DNA of 64,000 nt from a virus, in the IMG/VR virus record IMGVR_UViG_3300007276_000045, positions 1 through 64,000 of that record. One strand, written 5' to 3'. The notes under the pieces were generated by a model, which had not been told where the DNA came from, searched no databases, and saw nothing but the letters and a program-made list of their open reading frames with translations. This document shows, piece by piece, positions 1-7,671 of the stretch (positions within the stretch are counted from its first letter, which is position 1; every line of letters begins with the position of its first letter). The position numbers were made by a program, and so were the translations under genes.

Positions 1-434
1 AATAGTTCATCCATCTCATCCCAAAGCTCTGACCCCATCGCTTCGTCAATAGGAGTAAGGCTACTACCTTGTTTTACGTTGTCAGCAGCCTTTCTAATCT
101 GATCAATGTCAGGGTGATGATGCGTGGGAGTTCCTGTTACATACCTACGGCTAACTTCGCTCCAAGAGAATCCTACCTGATGCTTGCCTAGCTGACGAAG
201 CACAAAGATAGGGCAATTGATGCGTAGAGTAACCACAGGGTGCCGAAATGGAAGAAGATGCTTTTCCCTTGCCAAGTAGTTAATAAGTTTTGTATCTTTC
301 TCATAATCAAAGTCTATATGCTCTTTGTCAAAGGAACACCTCGCAGCATTTACAACGAGAAGGTCTCCTTCCCTAGTGTGGTTTAGAAGTTCTACAGAAC
401 CATAGTCCAAAACATTAATCTTACTTGCACTCAT
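1..434 (-). CDS. thyX: Flavin-dependent thymidylate synthase ThyX (runs off the left edge; missing from the ORF track)
   Basis: Manual translation from ATG 434: MSASKINVLDYGSVELLNHTREGDLLVVNAARCSF...KHLLPFRHP...PIFVLRQLGKHQVGFSWSEVSRRY, containing the VNAAR motif and a variant ThyX RH-x7-S-x-RY motif. Confidence 0.93.
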   Translation of the reverse strand, partial: MSASKINVLDYGSVELLNHTREGDLLVVNAARCSFDKEHIDFDYEKDTKLINYLAREKHLLPFRHPVVTLRINCPIFVLRQLGKHQVGFSWSEVSRRYVTGTPTHHHPDIDQIRKAADNVKQGSSLTPIDEAMGSELWDEMDEL

Positions 435-897
435 GTAAATCCTTAATAGCTACGTTATAACAATTAGCCTTGACCCTGAAACCGTTAGCAGGATCAATCT
501 TTCCTTTCTTCATGAATCGGGCGTTGTCGAAATACTCTTCCTTCTTCATCTCTCCCAAGATCCAACCTTTAGACAGATCAGATAATACTCGGACAAATAT
601 ATACTTGTCACAGTTCTGCTTTGTGTTGAAAGCGGCCACTGAACAATCATAGTCTGGTTTTGGCGTTACTGTAGTACGTTTTGTTTTTACATCTACAGTC
701 TTACCCTCTGGGGTACGGAGGTCATAGTCGTAGGTGCTGTCAGTGGAGTAGCCTAGCTCCTCTCGGACTAAGATTTCCCCCAAACAGCCTGCTAGATTAC
801 CAGCACCCTTCTCAATAGAGTTTTTTAACTTACCAATTTCCATAGCACACTTCCTCGCTTCGAGGAGCATGTCATCCGTAATAGTTACTTCGATCAT
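421..897 (-). CDS. Putative PD-(D/E)XK nuclease-fold protein
   Basis: GCLGE...YDYDL...VDVKTK spacing typical of the restriction-endonuclease-like fold. Confidence 0.6.
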   Translation of the reverse strand: MIEVTITDDMLLEARKCAMEIGKLKNSIEKGAGNLAGCLGEILVREELGYSTDSTYDYDLRTPEGKTVDVKTKRTTVTPKPDYDCSVAAFNTKQNCDKYIFVRVLSDLSKGWILGEMKKEEYFDNARFMKKGKIDPANGFRVKANCYNVAIKDLHECK

Positions 898-2005
898 TTA
901 GATAGTCCTTAATTTCTTCTAGGTTTTGTGGGCTTCCATTAACATATTCGACATCAACTCCGTCACCGAAAGAGAAGCCTACTTCAGCGTCGATCTTCAA
1001 GGGTACGTCAAAGTGAATATTAAAGTTCTCTTTGATGAAAGGATAATCAACAAGCTGGGTGTGAACTACTTCCAAACATTCTTTGATGTGGTCCTTGTGG
1101 CAGATCAACTCAATACTATCGTGTACCGTAGCGCACACTCTCGCGTCGATCCCCCTTTCATTTAGAACCTTCTCTGTGCCGAGCAGACCACAAAGTAGAA
1201 TGTCGGAGGCAGTTGATTGGATAGTAAAGTTTAGCCCTTGCCTAGCCGCACGGTTAACCACCGAAAAATCTTTTGAACCAATATCAGGTAGATTGCGGCG
1301 ACGGCCAAAGATAGTGTAAGCATATTTGTTTTCCTTGATGAACTTCTCAACGAAGTCCATGTATTCGAAGATGGCGGGGTACACATTTTGATAGTTTGCA
1401 ATAATCTTCTTGGCTTTACCTACGGTAATACCCGTGGTCTCTGCCAAGTTAAAGGCACCGCCACCGTAGGCGATTAAGAAGGAGATAGCCTTTGCAATCT
1501 GGCGTTCATCTTTTGAGATCTCCTGCTTGTTGAACAATAGGCGAGCGGTGTAGGTGTGCAAGTCAGCACCTTCAGAGAAGGCTTTTTGCATGTTCCCATC
1601 CTTCGCAATGTGTGCTAGGACTCTTAGCTCCATGGCTGCGTAGTCAACCGTGATGAAGCAATAGTCTTCTGGGCAGTTGAAGAGGCTGCGGATATTATTA
1701 TCCGTATCTCTTGGTAGGGTGTGGAAAGATACACCCATAGCTTTCTGCGCGTTATATGCAGCACAAGAAAGGCGACCAGTAGCAGTGCCATCAAATCGAT
1801 AATCTACATAGACTCGATTAATGTCATTGTATTCAATTGCCTTCTTAGTCCCTTCGATATAGGTCTTGGTTAGCTTCTGCGACTTGCGAAGACCTAGGAG
1901 ACCCTTAATGAACCTTTGCGAATTTATTAGATCCTCGGTTGATTTTCCTTGCAGGACAGACTGGCTGATCCTCTTACCTTCATCTCTGTGATCCCACTTA
2001 CCCAC
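872..2005 (-). CDS. polA: Family A DNA polymerase, C-terminal polymerase subunit (part 3 of a split gene)
   Basis: TATGRLS, motif A DYAAMELRVLAH, motif B RQIAKAISFLIAYG, TIFGRRR, NFTIQSTASD, motif C TVHDSI; GTG start with GAGGAG 10 nt upstream. Confidence 0.95.
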   Translation of the reverse strand: MGKWDHRDEGKRISQSVLQGKSTEDLINSQRFIKGLLGLRKSQKLTKTYIEGTKKAIEYNDINRVYVDYRFDGTATGRLSCAAYNAQKAMGVSFHTLPRDTDNNIRSLFNCPEDYCFITVDYAAMELRVLAHIAKDGNMQKAFSEGADLHTYTARLLFNKQEISKDERQIAKAISFLIAYGGGAFNLAETTGITVGKAKKIIANYQNVYPAIFEYMDFVEKFIKENKYAYTIFGRRRNLPDIGSKDFSVVNRAARQGLNFTIQSTASDILLCGLLGTEKVLNERGIDARVCATVHDSIELICHKDHIKECLEVVHTQLVDYPFIKENFNIHFDVPLKIDAEVGFSFGDGVDVEYVNGSPQNLEEIKDYLNDRSNYYG

Positions 2006-2477
2006 GCTTATTTAGCTCCTCTTCGATGTGTTCCAGTAGTAGTTTAAGCGTAGGAGCAGACACGGAAGGTGTGCCCTTGGCTGTTCGGTCAGGAGGGTAC
2101 ATCTCGAACGCACCTTCACGGGTATATAATATCTCGATCAGGTCGTTATTTGAAGAGATGTTGTCAGAAGTCTGAACCTGCTTGAATGAGTAGAGATTAT
2201 CCTCCTCTTCAATATTAGCCACGCGGAGGTGGCGACCGACAGAATCTAGTTTCTCCTCACACACCTGCATCCCTTCATACTCCATATTAGAGAAGGTCTC
2301 AAGAGACGGCATGATGAGGGTATTAATAATCTTAGACATACCTAGATCTTCAAGCTTCTCTTGTATTAGATTGTAAAGCTTTAGAGTGAAGTATGTGTCC
2401 GCTGCGTTACCTTCACAGCAGTCGGACAGATCCATGTTTGCCCAGTCAAAGGTCTTAGGGTTCTTAATTGTAAGCAT
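1998..2477 (-). CDS. polA: Family A DNA polymerase, middle subunit (exo III helix and thumb; part 2 of a split gene)
   Basis: NAADTYFTLKLY (exo III region), MEYEGMQV, NISSNNDLIEILY (FNxxSxxQL equivalent), TAKGTPSVS thumb motif; TAATG overlap with the upstream gene. Confidence 0.88.
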   Translation of the reverse strand: MLTIKNPKTFDWANMDLSDCCEGNAADTYFTLKLYNLIQEKLEDLGMSKIINTLIMPSLETFSNMEYEGMQVCEEKLDSVGRHLRVANIEEEDNLYSFKQVQTSDNISSNNDLIEILYTREGAFEMYPPDRTAKGTPSVSAPTLKLLLEHIEEELNKRG

Positions 2478-3490
2478 TACAGGTTCTCCAGTTCGTCTGC
2501 GAAGTATAGTTTTACTAGATCCATAAGGCTCTTAGGTGCATTCTCATTGATGAGGTGGTGTGCGATCTTAGTGTCCCAAACATTCGTAACCTTGACACGG
2601 TGATTAATGAGGAACTTAAGATCAAACTTTGCGTTATGGAAAATCTTAATGTTGTTAGGGTTCGAGAGGATCTTTCGCACCGCATCCCAAGCCACATGTT
2701 TCTCTAGGAACGGTGAGTCTTTGTGATCAAGAGGAACAACCCAATTCTGATCTCCACAAGAAAACGCAATGGACATTACGCGATCTCTCCTAAAGTTCAG
2801 ACCTGTGGTTTCAATATCAGATGCTACAGGCTCCTTAGTGGAGCCTAGCTTCTCAACTAGCGATACAAGTTCTTCTTCCTCGGAGATAACCTCATAGGAG
2901 AAGTTCCCTTGGTTCTCTTTGCCAAGTACATATTTTTCATATGCATTTTTGATGTCTGTTTCGAAGAGGTATCTGTGTCGAGGCTCTTTAAGTACAGCAA
3001 AAGGATGGTAAATAGGAACAACGATGCAAGAGTGCCCAGAATTAGTAGAGTATTCATATGATGATCCACGCTTATTCATAATGCCGCTTTTCTTAATTAA
3101 CATTTTCATAGCTAAGTTGCCACAAGCAAGAACAAGGCGCGGCTTCACCTTGTCAATTGTAGCCTCTAAGTGCTGTCTACATAACACCATATTACTAGGT
3201 GTCATATCTGCCTCCTTCACAGAAGGACATTTTACTGAAGAGGAGAACGTAAGATTGTCGCCGGGGTAAATCGACTTCAATAACTCGCGCTCCTTTTTGG
3301 AGAATACTTCTAGTACCCCAAACTTACTGCGGAAGGAATCTCCCAAAACCAGAACGTCTGATTGGGAAAGTTCCTCGTAATCCATGTGGGCATACTCAGG
3401 CTTACTCTGTTGTAGTATTGTGCATCCATCACACAGTTCGTTACTGCAACTGGACTTAAGTCCTGAGTATAAGTTTTGTAGGTCGCTCAT
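2477..3490 (-). CDS. polA: Family A DNA polymerase, N-terminal subunit: family-4 UDG-like domain plus 3'-5' exonuclease motifs I/II (part 1 of a split gene)
   Basis: CDGC...VKCP...CRQHL...KPRLVLACG...PIYHP (UDG-like fold with Fe-S cysteines), then SDIETTG (exo I), HNAKFDL (exo II) and WDTKIAHHL. Confidence 0.9.
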   Translation of the reverse strand: MSDLQNLYSGLKSSCSNELCDGCTILQQSKPEYAHMDYEELSQSDVLVLGDSFRSKFGVLEVFSKKERELLKSIYPGDNLTFSSSVKCPSVKEADMTPSNMVLCRQHLEATIDKVKPRLVLACGNLAMKMLIKKSGIMNKRGSSYEYSTNSGHSCIVVPIYHPFAVLKEPRHRYLFETDIKNAYEKYVLGKENQGNFSYEVISEEEELVSLVEKLGSTKEPVASDIETTGLNFRRDRVMSIAFSCGDQNWVVPLDHKDSPFLEKHVAWDAVRKILSNPNNIKIFHNAKFDLKFLINHRVKVTNVWDTKIAHHLINENAPKSLMDLVKLYFADELENL

Positions 3491-3493
3491 CCG

Positions 3494-3504
3494 TCTATTA
3501 TAGA
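3494..3504. promoter_or_regulatory. Near-palindromic bidirectional -10-like box TCTATTATAGA between divergent polA part 1 and the gp55-like gene
   Basis: Minus strand reads TATAAT + 6 nt + ATG (3490); plus strand reads TATTAT + 5 nt + ATG (3507); intergenic gap is only 16 bp. Confidence 0.65.
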
Positions 3505-3506
3505 TT

Positions 3507-3863
3507 ATGGGGAAAAAAGTACATTACATAGATAACAAAAGATTTGAAGAAATTATCCCCCTCTACCTACGAAACCCTGAGGCTTACGAGGATGAGTTGA
3601 TGGGACTGTTCGATCTATTGATCACGAATATTATAGGAAGCTTCAAGTTTAATATCGACAAAGAGGACGCAAAACAAGAATGTTTCTTGCTGGTCCTAAA
3701 GACGTTGAAGAATTTCAAACCGTCTAAAGGATCTGCCTTTAACTATTTTACGACCGTCATTGTCAACAACCTCAAACTTCTATACACGAAGAATAAGAGG
3801 TATGAAAACAAACTCTCCGAGTATGGAGATATACTGGGTGATCAGAGACCCAGTTGCTTATAG
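3507..3863 (+). CDS. Short T4 gp55-like sigma factor for late transcription
   Basis: HYIDNKRF and NFKPSKGSAFNYFT match the HYVNN and NFDPxK...FxYFT motifs of gp55-family proteins; only 118 aa. Confidence 0.75.
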   Translation: MGKKVHYIDNKRFEEIIPLYLRNPEAYEDELMGLFDLLITNIIGSFKFNIDKEDAKQECFLLVLKTLKNFKPSKGSAFNYFTTVIVNNLKLLYTKNKRYENKLSEYGDILGDQRPSCL

Positions 3864-4168
3864 ACCATCGACAGGTAGTCCTCGGACTCCATACTCCCGC
3901 GCTTAAATTGCACAAGATGCGGAACCTTCGATGTCTTAAAGATGACAAATGCGTGAGGCATCATAAAGCTGTTCACCACATAAAGAGGCTTTAGTTTACG
4001 ATTAACCGGGCCGTCCGTCTTCATCCCTCGAACCTTTTCAATCAGTTCCTTGGAATGATCGTCCCACAGGGAGACAAATAAGACACCCATATCCTGCTTA
4101 GTCTTCCTCTGATTCCTAAGAATCTTATTCAGTTGATTCTCAGTACGAATGAATACAGGTGAGTACAT
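3842..4168 (-). CDS. Thioredoxin-fold protein lacking the CxxC active site
   Basis: Aligns by eye with thioredoxin: VLFVSLWDDHSK (vs VDFWAEWCGPCK), LYVVN strand, KVPHLVQFKRG (vs GIPTLLLFKNG cis-Pro loop); no Cys in the protein. Confidence 0.7.
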   Translation of the reverse strand: MYSPVFIRTENQLNKILRNQRKTKQDMGVLFVSLWDDHSKELIEKVRGMKTDGPVNRKLKPLYVVNSFMMPHAFVIFKTSKVPHLVQFKRGSMESEDYLSMVYKQLGL

Positions 4169-4524
4169 CAGTCCTCTACAATATCGACGTTTCCACTTGC
4201 AGTAGCTTCGTCAATGCCGACGAGCTTACCCTGATCGTCAAAGTTGAACCCTGACGCTTCATAGTCCTCACGGTTCTGTTCCATATGCTGGACCATGTTC
4301 GTGGTGAGTTCCTGCTCCAAAGCACGGATGCCATGGAAAAAGAGGGACCGTACAAAGTCGGTCATTCCGAGATCAGTAGGCTTAACAGCGTTTGCAAAGT
4401 TGCGGAAGGCTTCAGCCTCCTCCTGATTGAGTTTGAGTTGGAACTTCATTCTATTTTTACTCCGATAGTCGATTTTGATATTCCACCCCTCAGGATGGAA
4501 AGCGAATTTCAAGTCGTTAGACAT
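4168..4524 (-). CDS. Hypothetical protein, possible ribbon-helix-helix DNA-binding fold
   Basis: MKFQLKLNQEEAEAF...MTDFVRSLF strand-helix-helix pattern; overlaps the start of the downstream gene. Confidence 0.4.
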   Translation of the reverse strand: MSNDLKFAFHPEGWNIKIDYRSKNRMKFQLKLNQEEAEAFRNFANAVKPTDLGMTDFVRSLFFHGIRALEQELTTNMVQHMEQNREDYEASGFNFDDQGKLVGIDEATASGNVDIVED

Positions 4525-4562
4525 TATTGATTGCTCTATTATAGTAAGAGGTTTAAGAAACT

Positions 4563-5081
4563 ATGAATGATAATTACGATTTAAGTAAGCTTCGCAAAAA
4601 ACCTAAGCGGAAGAACAGCAGGACCAAAGGTAACACCTTCGAACGGCAGATTGCCAAGCTACTCAATGATAGATTCAAGACCGAAGAATTTTCAAGAAGT
4701 CCGGGATCTGGTGCATTTGCCACCACCCATACTCTACCTGAACACCTAAAAATTTATGGAGACTTGATTACTCCACAGAAATTTAAATTCTGTATTGAAT
4801 GTAAAAAAGGATACAATAATCAAAACTTATATAGTTTATATAATTATAGTAGCGACATCTGGAAGTTTGTAGAGCAATGTGAAAAAGATTCTGGAAAATG
4901 TAGCAGACTACCCATGGTCATCTTTAAGCAAGATAGACAGCCAACATTAGCCATTGTTCCCTATGATGTAGAGTTCGGACAAGATCTCAAGTACATAGAG
5001 GTTATGAAGCAGAAGAAGTACAGGATCTATTTATTTGATGATCTTGTTAAGTGCTGGGACCATTGTTGGTTTGATGCATGA
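4563..5081 (+). CDS. PD-(D/E)XK nuclease, Holliday-junction-resolvase-like
   Basis: NSRTKGNTFERQIA, RSPGSGA, GDLI, IECKK, PMVIFKQDR: the Hjc-like phage resolvase pattern. Confidence 0.75.
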   Translation: MNDNYDLSKLRKKPKRKNSRTKGNTFERQIAKLLNDRFKTEEFSRSPGSGAFATTHTLPEHLKIYGDLITPQKFKFCIECKKGYNNQNLYSLYNYSSDIWKFVEQCEKDSGKCSRLPMVIFKQDRQPTLAIVPYDVEFGQDLKYIEVMKQKKYRIYLFDDLVKCWDHCWFDA

Positions 5082-7593
5082 GCTTTTCTAATAGCTCTCT
5101 CTGACCTTTGAGGAAGGTTATAAACAACTCTTCTTCCTCAGCACTCTTATCTTCGGACAATACATTTCGATGACCAGACTTTGTACCCATAGTCCACTTC
5201 TGGTTACCTCTTGCAGTGTCACAAGAAACTAAGGTGTCCCCGGTCTTCCTATCTACTAGTTTGATGGTTCCCCCTCCTCCGTATTCGAAGTAGGCTTTAT
5301 TGTCTTTGATCTTTTGCAGGTTATCTTCCACAACAGCATTGTTTAGATACACACTTTGGTAACTATCACCCAACCCTCTAGTGACCCTTAAGGTCTCCTC
5401 CATACTTCCAGCAGCTTGGCTGTAGCACATTGTTGCCCAAGACTTCCACCCTTCATCCGTTACTTCGCCTTGTGGCATTTCTTGTTTTAGAACTTCTTGC
5501 TGAATATCCTGCTTCACTTTTGCCAGCGCATCCAAATCTTCCTTAGTAGCGTTAGGTCTCATAGCCCTCTTAGCTGCTTCAGCCCTTTCTTTATTTTTAG
5601 GACTCTGCTGCTTCTTCTCAAACCAAGTGTTGATCCAAGCGTCAGACATCTCTGGAGTAACTCCCAATGATCCGGGAGTTAGTAATCTATCGAACTCCGC
5701 AGTCTTCTCATCAATCTCTTTTTGTTTAGCGCAGCCAGCTTTTTGAGTTCCTGCTCCCGCACAGGAATTTAATCTTTTTGAGTTACGCTTTGCAAAGTCC
5801 TTTGTGCCTTGAGTCATGCCACCCGGTACATCACTGCCAACAGTTGCATTACCGCAAATAGCTTGGGTTCTACTACTTGATATCTCACCCACACCCCCCT
5901 TACTTTTTGAATCGGTAAGAGTTTTTAGCTCTACCTCCATGACGCAACCCCCTCCTTCGGTTGGAGTCAGCATGTTTTTAACTCCAGAACCTTCTCCCCC
6001 ACAACCATTCTTAGGGGTTCCTCCAAGCTTCTTTTCATAAGAAGCAGCAACCTTGTCACAGTCCTTATCAAACTCGAACTTAAGATCAGCTTTTGCCCCA
6101 GAATCGGTCATGTTTTTGTCCCCTTCGTGGGTAACCTTGGTTGGGATAAGATCTGGATCGTCACCGAAAAGCTGCTTGTCAAAGGTTTGGTTAACGAATG
6201 AAGTAACAAGGATAGACATCATGAGTTGCCTATCCGATGGCGTAGATGCCTGTTCAATGAAAGCCTCAGCCTTCTTTTCGTCCATCCCCATCTCCTCAGT
6301 TAGCACTCGCTGACATTCAATAACAAATTGGGCATCCTCGTAAGCGGCTTCCCCTTTTGCTAAAAGCTCCCCTAGCGCAACCGACCTACCTACAGAAAAA
6401 GTTTCCATCATTTGATCGTAGCTGCCATCACTAAGTGCATCTTCATAAGTATCGGAGATACTTTGCCGCATTTCATGGAGAGCCTTCTTCTTCTCTGCAC
6501 CAGTCTCAGCTTGGGCGAACTTCGCTTGCCCCCTCATGATGTTCGCAGAGATGGTCATGAATTTCTCTGCTACTGGACCACGGTAAGACTCATTTACACC
6601 CCCTGTTTTCGCAGGAGATTCAGGAGGTTTTGCGACAGGAATTTTATACTTTCTCTGATCCTCATCTGGTAGATTCTCTAGTTGTTTGTTATACCTCTCA
6701 GCTTCGTTATTAAGCTGATCAACCATATTCCTAAGAGCATCATTTTTTGGAGAAGACTTCTCTCTAAACTGGAATCCGATGCCCCTAATAAGAACACCCC
6801 CGCGAGTAATAGTAATAGACTCAAGAAGCTTGCCTAGTTTCTTAGCTTCGGCCTCACTCATAGGCTCTTCACTACCTGCTCTTCCCCGTAACTGCCTGAT
6901 AGATAAGTCAATTTGTTGAAGACCTTCTAGTGCTCCAAGCTTTTCTTCTGGGGAAAGCTTATCTGAATTAAACACTTGCTGCTCTAACCTTTCAACGTCC
7001 CCGAAAAAACCTTTGGTCTGTCCTGCGGCTACGTTTGCAAGGGAATCAATACCTCTACCTCTCTTCTCTTCCAGACCGGGTGTGATACCTGCCATTTGTG
7101 CAAGCTCTCTAAAAGAGGTTACTACTTTCTCTGTTAGGTCTTGTACTTGCTTGATCATAGCCAAGCCTTGATCATCTCCACCTTCGCCTTCTTGCCCCTC
7201 TTCACCAGTGTCGCCTTGGTCCTTGGTGTCGCCTTCTTCCTCACCACCACCTGCCCATGCTTTCACTAATTTGTTAGCATTACTATTTTCTTTTTGCCAA
7301 GAAGTAGCCAAGCTTCCGATCTGAGAGCCACTAAGTTTAATTCCCCAACCTGAGAGATTGCTTCCAGTAACACTAACACCTTTTCCTTTGGTTACTTCAA
7401 CACTTAAATTTTTACCGTTACCTAAGCCCTCTTCTTTATGGCCCTCTTCTTCATTACGAATTCGGCCTAATTCAGTAGCTACATCGTTTGCTACCGAAGC
7501 TAGATCAGCCGCTTCTTCCTCACGCAAAGAGAGTCTAAATTTTCTGCGCTTTAACTGTTCGTAATTTTCTAAGAGTGAGTAGTAGTAATCCAT
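5047..7593 (-). CDS. Large hypothetical protein (848 aa), possibly head-packaged, with a possible PD-(D/E)XK core
   Basis: Long ORF with its own promoter-like box; KADL...EVELKT motif; N-terminal LLE/LRE sites. Confidence 0.55.
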   Translation of the reverse strand: MDYYYSLLENYEQLKRRKFRLSLREEEAADLASVANDVATELGRIRNEEEGHKEEGLGNGKNLSVEVTKGKGVSVTGSNLSGWGIKLSGSQIGSLATSWQKENSNANKLVKAWAGGGEEEGDTKDQGDTGEEGQEGEGGDDQGLAMIKQVQDLTEKVVTSFRELAQMAGITPGLEEKRGRGIDSLANVAAGQTKGFFGDVERLEQQVFNSDKLSPEEKLGALEGLQQIDLSIRQLRGRAGSEEPMSEAEAKKLGKLLESITITRGGVLIRGIGFQFREKSSPKNDALRNMVDQLNNEAERYNKQLENLPDEDQRKYKIPVAKPPESPAKTGGVNESYRGPVAEKFMTISANIMRGQAKFAQAETGAEKKKALHEMRQSISDTYEDALSDGSYDQMMETFSVGRSVALGELLAKGEAAYEDAQFVIECQRVLTEEMGMDEKKAEAFIEQASTPSDRQLMMSILVTSFVNQTFDKQLFGDDPDLIPTKVTHEGDKNMTDSGAKADLKFEFDKDCDKVAASYEKKLGGTPKNGCGGEGSGVKNMLTPTEGGGCVMEVELKTLTDSKSKGGVGEISSSRTQAICGNATVGSDVPGGMTQGTKDFAKRNSKRLNSCAGAGTQKAGCAKQKEIDEKTAEFDRLLTPGSLGVTPEMSDAWINTWFEKKQQSPKNKERAEAAKRAMRPNATKEDLDALAKVKQDIQQEVLKQEMPQGEVTDEGWKSWATMCYSQAAGSMEETLRVTRGLGDSYQSVYLNNAVVEDNLQKIKDNKAYFEYGGGGTIKLVDRKTGDTLVSCDTARGNQKWTMGTKSGHRNVLSEDKSAEEEELFITFLKGQRELLEKLMHQTNNGPST

Positions 7594-7609
7594 GTGTAGT
7601 CTATTATAG

Positions 7610-7644
7610 AAAAAGCCCAGCCCAGATAGTTCTAGGCTGGGCTT
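7610..7644 (-). terminator. Intrinsic terminator after the tail tube gene
   Basis: Minus strand AAGCCCAGCCTAGA-ACTA-TCTGGGCTGGGCTT followed by a T run. Confidence 0.8.
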
Positions 7645-7671
7645 AGAATTTACTTATCTAGTTGTAATCTC

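Noticed and set aside
1998-2480. polA breaks as pseudogene decay, inteins, introns or programmed frameshifts
   Set aside because: Catalytic acidic residues are intact, both junctions have Shine-Dalgarno sites and coupled starts, and there is no inserted sequence, splicing motif or canonical slippery heptamer; assembly error is not fully excluded without reads
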